Shown here one piece after another: positions 26,230 to 32,390 of a stretch of 32,390 nucleotides of DNA. Below the pieces are notes generated by a model that was given only the letters and a program-made list of their open reading frames with translations, was not told the DNA's origin and made no database searches. Made by a program: the position numbers and the translations under genes. The stretch is from Myxococcales bacterium (GTDB taxonomy: Bacteria; Myxococcota_A; UBA9042): positions 1 to 32,390 of the forward strand of contig JBBISH010000077.1 of assembly GCA_037441385.1 (NCBI GenBank), in the 5' to 3' direction. Position 1 is the first letter of the stretch. Each line of letters begins with the position of its first letter.

Positions 26230-27452
26230 TTTCGTCGGGCGCGCTGAGGCGCAACTTGGTGCTGTTTCCCCTGTCCTTCTTGGGGAGCGGCCTGGGCAAC
26301 GTGGTGCCGCAGCTCTTCTTTCGGGCGCACGCGCCGGCCGAAAAGGAGCGCCTGCTGGCGGCCTGCCTGCTAGCGGGTGCGCTGGTGTCGCTGGCGGGAG
26401 TGGCGGCAGGGCGGGCGTTGCAGGGTTGGGCGCTACAGGGGCGGGCGCAGGTGGGGACGCTGGCCGGCACCCTCTCGCTGGTCGCGGTGGGCGCGGTGTT
26501 CCTGGGGGCGCTGGGCACGGCGTCGCTATCGCTGTTCATCAGTGCGTACCTGGGCTTGCGCCTGTTGCTCAACGCGCAGACGCAGGTCTTCGATCGGCGC
26601 GCCGTGGGCGCCACCCCAGCGGACGAAAGGCGCGGCAGCGACTTCGCCAACACCGTGTACCGCTTGCTGGGGATGATGCTGGGGTCGTTCTATTTTGCCC
26701 TGTTCTTCGATGCCTGGCAGGTCTCGGCGCTGCTGTTGGCTGGGCTGGTGGCCGCGGCCGCGTGGTCCGTGGCGGCAAGCGCGACCCCGCAAGTGCCGAC
26801 CGCTGCCGAGCAACCGGCCCGCCAGCGCACCACGCCAGGTGATCATTTGGTGGTCGCTGCGGGCACCTGCGCCTATGCGACGCTGTATCTGTTTGGCGCC
26901 AACCTGACTTATCTGCTGGCTGATTGGCTGCACGTGGCTGAGCCTGGGCGCCTGGCGGGCTGGCTGCTGCTGGCGGTGTACGGCGCCTCGGTGCTGGGCG
27001 CGGGGCTGGTGGCGTGGCTGGCGCGGTGGCGGCGGCGTCCGCCGGGGCTGGACGCGCTGCCGTTTGCCATGGCGAGCGTGTTGATTGGCGGCGGGGCGCT
27101 GCTGGCGCTGACGCCTCTGGCCTCGCAGTTGCCTGTTCTGCTGACGCTTTCGGCGGCGATGGGGGTGGCCCACGCTTTCTTCTTGAGCGAGGCGCGCGAC
27201 CACAGCACCCGCGGCGCCGCGGCAGGGCGCACCGGCCTCCTCGCCGGCTACAACAACATGGCTAACGCCGGAGCGGTTCTGGGTTTTGCCGCGATGACGG
27301 CACTGGCGGCGACCCCGTTGCGGCAGGCGGGCCTGTTCCACCCGGCGCTGCTGGGCGTGATTGCGACGTTGGCGGCCCTCAGCGGCGCGGCGGCGCTGGC
27401 GGCGGCCCGACTCGATCCCCTCAACCTGGCTCGATCCAAGGAGAAACCGTGA
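26226..27452 (+). CDS. MFS-like polytopic membrane protein
   Basis: About 12 hydrophobic segments in two halves with a central loop; start overlaps the upstream stop (ATGA). Confidence 0.72.
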   Translation: MISSGALRRNLVLFPLSFLGSGLGNVVPQLFFRAHAPAEKERLLAACLLAGALVSLAGVAAGRALQGWALQGRAQVGTLAGTLSLVAVGAVFLGALGTASLSLFISAYLGLRLLLNAQTQVFDRRAVGATPADERRGSDFANTVYRLLGMMLGSFYFALFFDAWQVSALLLAGLVAAAAWSVAASATPQVPTAAEQPARQRTTPGDHLVVAAGTCAYATLYLFGANLTYLLADWLHVAEPGRLAGWLLLAVYGASVLGAGLVAWLARWRRRPPGLDALPFAMASVLIGGGALLALTPLASQLPVLLTLSAAMGVAHAFFLSEARDHSTRGAAAGRTGLLAGYNNMANAGAVLGFAAMTALAATPLRQAGLFHPALLGVIATLAALSGAAALAAARLDPLNLARSKEKP

Positions 27453-28399
27453 CCCTCTGGCCCCCCGATCCCAACAACCTGGGCCCCGGCGTGCGCGCCC
27501 TGTACGGAGCCGTCGTGGGTATGCTGGTGCTGGGCAGCGCGCTCCCCGAGCTGGCGAACCGCAGCGGCCGCCGCGACTTGCGCGACTATCGGGCCAAGAT
27601 GCGCTCGTGGTGGCTCGTGTCGCTCAGCCTGATGGCGGCCGTGGCGCTGGGGCCGCTGGCCGTGGCCGCCCTCTTTGCCGCAGTGAGCGTCGCGGCGCTG
27701 CGCGAATACTTTGCGCTTTTGCCGGTGCGCCCAGGGCCGGCGCTGGAACGGGCGGCGCTGCTGCTGGTGGTGGCGCACTACGCGGCGCTGGTGGTGACGG
27801 GCTCGGCCGTACCGCTGCTCGCCCTGCCTGCGGCGTTGGCCGTGCTGCTGCCGGCGCTCGTGCTGGGGCTGGGCGAGCCAGAAACCTTTGTCCCGGTACT
27901 GGGTTCCTTGACCTGGGGCATCTTGCTGGCGGGCTGGAGCCTGAGCCACGTGGCCGCGCTGGCGCTGCTGCCGCTGCCGACCACGCCGCTAGGTGGGCGC
28001 GCGGCGTGGGTGGCAAGCCTGCTGTTTCTGGTGCTGGTGGGCGACGCGATGCAGTACGTGTGGGGTCGCCTGGCGGGACGCCACCGGTTGGTGCCCAAGC
28101 TGTCGCCCAAGAAGACCTGGGAAGGGCTGCTGGGCGGCGCGCTCACCGTGGCGGCGCTGTCGGCCGCGCTGTTGCCACGCGTCATCGCGGTGGGGCCCTA
28201 CGAATCCGCCGGCCTGGGTTTTGTCGCCGTAGTCGGCGGTTTTGTGGGCGATATCACCCTGTCGGCCATCAAGCGCTGGGCGGGCGTCAAGGACACGGGG
28301 ACGCTGCTGCCGGGCATGGGCGGGCTGTTTGACCGGGTCGACAGCCTGGTGCTAACCGCGCCCGTGTATTTTCACTTGGTGGCGAGGACTTGGGGGTAG
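27449..28399 (+). CDS. Phosphatidate cytidylyltransferase family protein (CdsA/YnbB-like)
   Basis: D..QYVWGR..G...L.PKLSPKKTWEG and GD...SAIKR..GVKDTG.LLPGMGG..DR.DSL signature; the RSWW motif resembles YnbB-type paralogs. GTGA overlap with the upstream gene. Confidence 0.92.
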   Translation: MTLWPPDPNNLGPGVRALYGAVVGMLVLGSALPELANRSGRRDLRDYRAKMRSWWLVSLSLMAAVALGPLAVAALFAAVSVAALREYFALLPVRPGPALERAALLLVVAHYAALVVTGSAVPLLALPAALAVLLPALVLGLGEPETFVPVLGSLTWGILLAGWSLSHVAALALLPLPTTPLGGRAAWVASLLFLVLVGDAMQYVWGRLAGRHRLVPKLSPKKTWEGLLGGALTVAALSAALLPRVIAVGPYESAGLGFVAVVGGFVGDITLSAIKRWAGVKDTGTLLPGMGGLFDRVDSLVLTAPVYFHLVARTWG

Positions 28400-28497
28400 G
28401 GCGCCGCCGTGCGGGAAGTGGGCAGGCGGTTGGTGCCGATGGTTCGCTTTGACCCGGTTTTGCCCAAGGGGCCATGCCCGGAACAGCAAGCGCCCGA

Positions 28498-28523
28498 GTA
28501 GGGGCGGGCTTCCACGCCCGCCC
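28498..28523 (+). repeat. GTAG-tagged REP-like palindrome
   Basis: GTAG-GGGCGGGC-TTCCAC-GCCCGCCC, about 100 bp after the cytidylyltransferase stop. Confidence 0.65.
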
Positions 28524-28619
28524 GGTTCGGTGAGCAACGGCAGGTCGCTTCGAACCCTGCACGCAGGTCGGGAGTGCGGTACGGGTTCAGGTTCAGGATC
28601 AGGTCCGGATCTAGGACCA

Positions 28620-28685
28620 GGTTCAGGTCTCCACTTGGCCGAGTCCGCTGGACTCGCCTATCCCTTTGGGCACATGGGGGCCCCT
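28620..28685. repeat. 66-bp structured intergenic repeat, copy 2 (inverted relative to copy 1)
   Basis: GGTTCAGGTCTCCACTTGGCCGAGTCCGCTGGACTCGCCTATCCCTTTGGGCACATGGGGGCCCCT; 5 mismatches to copy 1. Confidence 0.9.
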
Positions 28686-29049
28686 GGTCCGTGGCCAGGT
28701 TTAGGTTCAGGCCCGGGTCCGCCGCGTCCGGGTACGAGCAGGCCTCCGGCCTGCGACCGGGCAAGCTTGCGGGGAACCGTGGGCGAGTTGTCAGGCGGGC
28801 CGGCGGCTGAAGCCGCGCCTAGGGTTGCCAGGCCCCACCTCGCGGCCGGCCGTGCGGCCAGCCAGCTCGTGCGGCTTCGTGGTCGGGGTGTTCTGGGCGC
28901 TCCGTGGTCGAATTCAGCTGGCCAAGCCGGAACTTCTGCGCCTCCCCGCGGAAATAACCGCGACGGTGACGGAGCGGATACCCGTTGAAGATCGCAGACT
29001 TCGAACTCACATGGCGCCATTCCTGCAGGGGGACCCGGCCGAAGCGGTG

Positions 29050-29078
29050 CCCTATTGGAACTTTTAGTTCCAATAGGG
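29050..29078. repeat. Perfect 13-bp inverted repeat with a 3-nt spacer
   Basis: CCCTATTGGAACT-TTT-AGTTCCAATAGGG. Confidence 0.9.
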
Positions 29079-29492
29079 AGAATTTGAATTTAGCGGAAGC
29101 AAAGGCCCCTCAGCGCCAAGTTGCTTGCACAATAACGGCTTTCTGCCTGGGTCCCAGGGTTCGCCGGCATGACGGGACTGGGAAAGGCAGGGAGATTCGT
29201 GTTCGCGACGGTGCCGACGGCCGGGGTACGGCGACTCGTTCCTTATCGGCTGCTGACTCTGGCGCCGGGTCGAATGTCCCTCACCCCCGGCCCACGGCCG
29301 ACACCTATCCCACTAGAGCTGGCGAGATGTAAAGTGAAATTGTATCTCCCCTCGCCCAAAGCGTTGGGAGGGCGGGGCGACCACCAAAGGCGGCGGGGTA
29401 AGGGCCGAGTGCCAAGGATCGCACAGGTTTCCAACACAAATTCGGCACCGGTAGTGTCCGGTGAAGCAGCCAGCGCGGCCCGGCCTCACAAG

Positions 29493-29534
29493 GCGACCCG
29501 GCAAGCGACCCGGCAAGCGACCCGGCAAGCGACC
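29493..29534. repeat. 12-bp tandem repeat, 3.5 copies
   Basis: (GCGACCCGGCAA)3 GCGACC. Confidence 0.9.
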
Positions 29535-29707
29535 ATGCGGCCTCGCGGTTCCCACGCCCAGCGCAAGCCCCACTAACTTCAGCGCTTGGGCGCACTTCAC
29601 AACGACTGGCCCCTTGCCGCCCCAGATCCGTTGCGTCGGCTTGCCGCTGGGGCGCAGCTTCGGGCACACTGCCGGCAGCGCGATGGCTGCCATTCCCCGA
29701 GGTCCAG

Positions 29708-32390
29708 ATGAGCTCGTCTTGTCGCAGTTTCGTTCGAATTCATCGGCTCTTGCTGGTCGCATTGGCCGCAGGCCTGCTCGCTGGTTGCGGCGACGACGCG
29801 GCCCCAACCGGGACGGCACCAGCTGCCGTGGATGCAGCGGTGGACACGGGGGTAGGCGACACCGCCTTGGGCGATGGCTTGGCGGGCGAAGACGGCGCTG
29901 CCGGCGATGCCGTGGCGGGCGACGCGCCGCAAGGGGACACCGCGCAAACCGATACGGCCGCGCCCGACGCCATCCAGCCCGACAGCGCGCAAAGTGATGC
30001 GACCCCGGCCGACACCAACCCGCCCGACGCAACCGCGGGCGACGCCGCGGCCGATGCGACAGGGCAAGACGACACCGCCGTGGCCGATGCCCAGGGCGAC
30101 GACGCCGAAGCCCCGGACGGCACCGTGGACGATGCGGCCGGACCGGACGGCAGCAGCCCCGACGCCACCGGCGATAGCGGCGGTGACGACGCCGTGGTGT
30201 TGGAAACCACCCTGTGCAACCCGTGCTCGAGCGACAGCGCCTGCGGCAGCGGCAGCGTCTGCGCCAACTATGGCGCAGCAGCGGGCTCGTTCTGCGCGCC
30301 CACTTGCCTCAGCAACGCCGAGTGCGCCAAGGGTTTCCACTGCGCCACCGCCACGGGCGCGGCCGGCACCCAGGTCAGCGCGTGCTTGAAAGACGCCGAC
30401 CAGGCCGGCGGCCCAGAACCGGGCACCTGTGCGTGCTCGGCCCAAGCCAGCCAGGCGGGCCTTTCGACCAGTTGCAGCGCGAGCAACGAGGCCGGAACCT
30501 GCACGGGCGTGCGCAGTTGCGGGCCTTCGGGCCTGGGCCCCTGCAGTGCAGCCGTGCCCGCGGCCGAGGTCTGCGACGGCGCCGACAACGACTGCAACGG
30601 CCAGACCGACGACGTGGACTGCGGCGACGGCAACCCTTGCACCACAGACACTTGCGACCCCAAGGCCGGCGGCTGCCAGCACCAAGCCAGCAACGGCGTC
30701 TGCAGCGACGGCAACGCCTGCACCAGCGGCGACGCGTGCAAAGACGGCAGCTGCAGCGGCACGACCGAAGTGGTCTGTGGCGACGGAAACCCTTGCACAG
30801 CTGACAGTTGTGACCCCACCAGCGGTTGCGCCAGCGTGAACCTGGCCGACGGCGCCACCTGCGACGCCGACGGCAGCGCCTGCACCCCCGGCGACGCCTG
30901 CCAGGCCGGCAGTTGCGCGGTGGGCGCCCCCGTCGACTGCGACGACAAGGACCCGTGCACGGCCGACGTGTGCGACAAGACCAGCGGGCTGTGCGCGCAC
31001 CCGTCGTTCGGCACCGGCACCGAGTGCGACGACGGCTCGGTCTGCACCGTGCTGGACGCATGCAGCGACGGCAAGTGCCAGGGCGTCCCAATCAGCTGCA
31101 ACGACAGCAACCCGTGCACCGTCGACGCCTGCGACGCGCTCACCGGCTGCGCCCACGCGCCCAGCGACGGAGAACTGTGTGAAGACGGCGATTTGTGCAC
31201 GGTAGCCGACGTGTGCAAGGCCGGCGAGTGCACCTCGGGCGGCCCCAAGACCTGCGCCGACGCCGGCTCGTGCTTGATCAGCTCGTGCAACCCCATCGAC
31301 GGCAGCTGCGCGACCGCCGCCAAGCCCGCGGGGGCCAGCTGCGACGATGGCACGGCTTGTACCGAGAACGACGTCTGCGGCGACAAGGGCTGCGCCGGCA
31401 CGCCGGTCTCGTGCGACGACAAGAACGTCTGCACCGCCGATAGCTGCGACACCACCGCCGGTTGCGTGCACACCCCCACGTCGGCGCCTTGCAGTGACGA
31501 CAACCTGTGCACCGATTTCGACGCATGCGACGGCGGCGTGTGCGTGGGCCTGGCCAAGGACCCCACCCAGGCGTGCGACGACAAGAACCCTTGCACCACC
31601 GACGCTTGTGACCCACCGGTCGGCTGCACCCACACCAGCGTCAACGCGGCGTGCGAAGACGGCAGCGCCTGCACCACCGGCGACACCTGCGTCGCGGGCA
31701 CCTGCGTCGCGGGCACCAACCAGTGCGCGTGCAAGCAGGACAGCGACTGCGCCGGCCTGGAAGACGGCAACCTGTGCAACGGCACGCTGTATTGCCAGAT
31801 CGGCGCCGGCTCTTCGGTGTGCACGGTCGACCCCAAGACGGTGGTGGTCTGCCCGGCGTCGTCCGTGGCGTGCACCGTCAATACCTGCGAGCCCGCCACG
31901 GGCAAGTGCGGTCCCACACCGGGCGAAGACGGCGTGGCCTGCGACGCGGACGGCAGCGTCTGCACGGCCGGCGACAAGTGCCAGGGTGGCAAGTGCCTGC
32001 CCGGCGCCAGCCTGTCGTGCGACGACAAGAACCCGTGCACCAACGATAGCTGCGATCCCAAGCTGGGTTGCGTGGCCGCCGCCAACACCGCCGCTTGCGA
32101 CGACGGCAACCCGTGCAGCGTCGGCGACATTTGCGCCGGCAAGGTCTGCACCCCCGGCAAGCCGATGGTCTGCGACGACAAGAACCCTTGCACCAGCGAT
32201 GCTTGCGTGGTCAGCGCCGGCGATCCGCCCACCGGCAAGTGCCAGTCGACCCCCTCGGCGGGCTCGTGCAGCGACGGCAACCCCTGCACCGACCTGGACA
32301 CCTGCAAAGACGGCGTGTGCGTCGCCGGTGCGCCCAAGGTGTGCAACGACAACAACCCCTGCACGGACGACGCCTGCGACCCCAAGACCG
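29708..32390 (+). CDS. Large Cys-rich repeat surface lipoprotein (partial; runs off the window; not in the ORF track)
   Basis: GAGG RBS; MSSSCRSFVRIHRLLLVALAAGLLAGC lipobox; D/A-rich linker; one EVCDGADNDCNGQTDD motif; many CDDxNPCTxDxC repeats resembling Dictyostelium CTDC repeats. No in-frame stop noticed. Confidence 0.9.
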   Translation, partial: MSSSCRSFVRIHRLLLVALAAGLLAGCGDDAAPTGTAPAAVDAAVDTGVGDTALGDGLAGEDGAAGDAVAGDAPQGDTAQTDTAAPDAIQPDSAQSDATPADTNPPDATAGDAAADATGQDDTAVADAQGDDAEAPDGTVDDAAGPDGSSPDATGDSGGDDAVVLETTLCNPCSSDSACGSGSVCANYGAAAGSFCAPTCLSNAECAKGFHCATATGAAGTQVSACLKDADQAGGPEPGTCACSAQASQAGLSTSCSASNEAGTCTGVRSCGPSGLGPCSAAVPAAEVCDGADNDCNGQTDDVDCGDGNPCTTDTCDPKAGGCQHQASNGVCSDGNACTSGDACKDGSCSGTTEVVCGDGNPCTADSCDPTSGCASVNLADGATCDADGSACTPGDACQAGSCAVGAPVDCDDKDPCTADVCDKTSGLCAHPSFGTGTECDDGSVCTVLDACSDGKCQGVPISCNDSNPCTVDACDALTGCAHAPSDGELCEDGDLCTVADVCKAGECTSGGPKTCADAGSCLISSCNPIDGSCATAAKPAGASCDDGTACTENDVCGDKGCAGTPVSCDDKNVCTADSCDTTAGCVHTPTSAPCSDDNLCTDFDACDGGVCVGLAKDPTQACDDKNPCTTDACDPPVGCTHTSVNAACEDGSACTTGDTCVAGTCVAGTNQCACKQDSDCAGLEDGNLCNGTLYCQIGAGSSVCTVDPKTVVVCPASSVACTVNTCEPATGKCGPTPGEDGVACDADGSVCTAGDKCQGGKCLPGASLSCDDKNPCTNDSCDPKLGCVAAANTAACDDGNPCSVGDICAGKVCTPGKPMVCDDKNPCTSDACVVSAGDPPTGKCQSTPSAGSCSDGNPCTDLDTCKDGVCVAGAPKVCNDNNPCTDDACDPKT

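Noticed and set aside
28400..29707. CRISPR array in the repeat-rich gap
   Set aside because: No regularly spaced identical repeats with unique spacers, and no cas genes.
29597..32385. Long minus-strand ORFs (678 and 705 aa)
   Set aside because: Antisense shadows of the plus-strand Cys-rich lipoprotein, which has an RBS, lipobox and normal codon bias.
7294..32390. TraA/TraB kin-recognition pair (Cys-rich lipoprotein plus barrel-TSP3 protein)
   Set aside because: The genes are about 20 kb apart and not operonic; no PA14-like domain follows the lipobox, and there is no OmpA domain.

Overview
High-GC window whose gene style (Cys-rich and thrombospondin-repeat surface proteins, many lipoproteins) suggests a Myxococcota/deltaproteobacterial genome; this is inference. 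The left part is a minus-strand translation operon (rplY-pth-rpsF-rpsR-rplI) with its own sigma70-like promoter, a long structured rplY leader and an S6:S18-type leader. Next come envelope genes (beta-propeller/redoxin lipoprotein, secreted protein, lolA plus a beta-barrel/TSP3 protein) and a divergent ftsK. From 13.9 to 28.4 kb an all-plus-strand block encodes a beta-helix lipoprotein, a cholesterol-oxidase-like GMC oxidoreductase, a membrane metallophosphoesterase and a compact lipid operon. That operon has a front-end-type desaturase, a fatty acyl-CoA reductase fused to a PlsB/GNPAT-like acyltransferase (FARAT-like architecture), an MFS-like protein and a CdsA/YnbB-like cytidylyltransferase, and it is the best candidate for an undescribed system. 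The block is bracketed by two inverted copies of a 66-bp structured repeat and contains a 133-bp MITE-like element. A large Cys-rich repeat lipoprotein missing from the ORF track runs off the right end. No CRISPR array, tRNA, rRNA or transposase was seen. All calls come from reading motifs by eye; no database searches were run.
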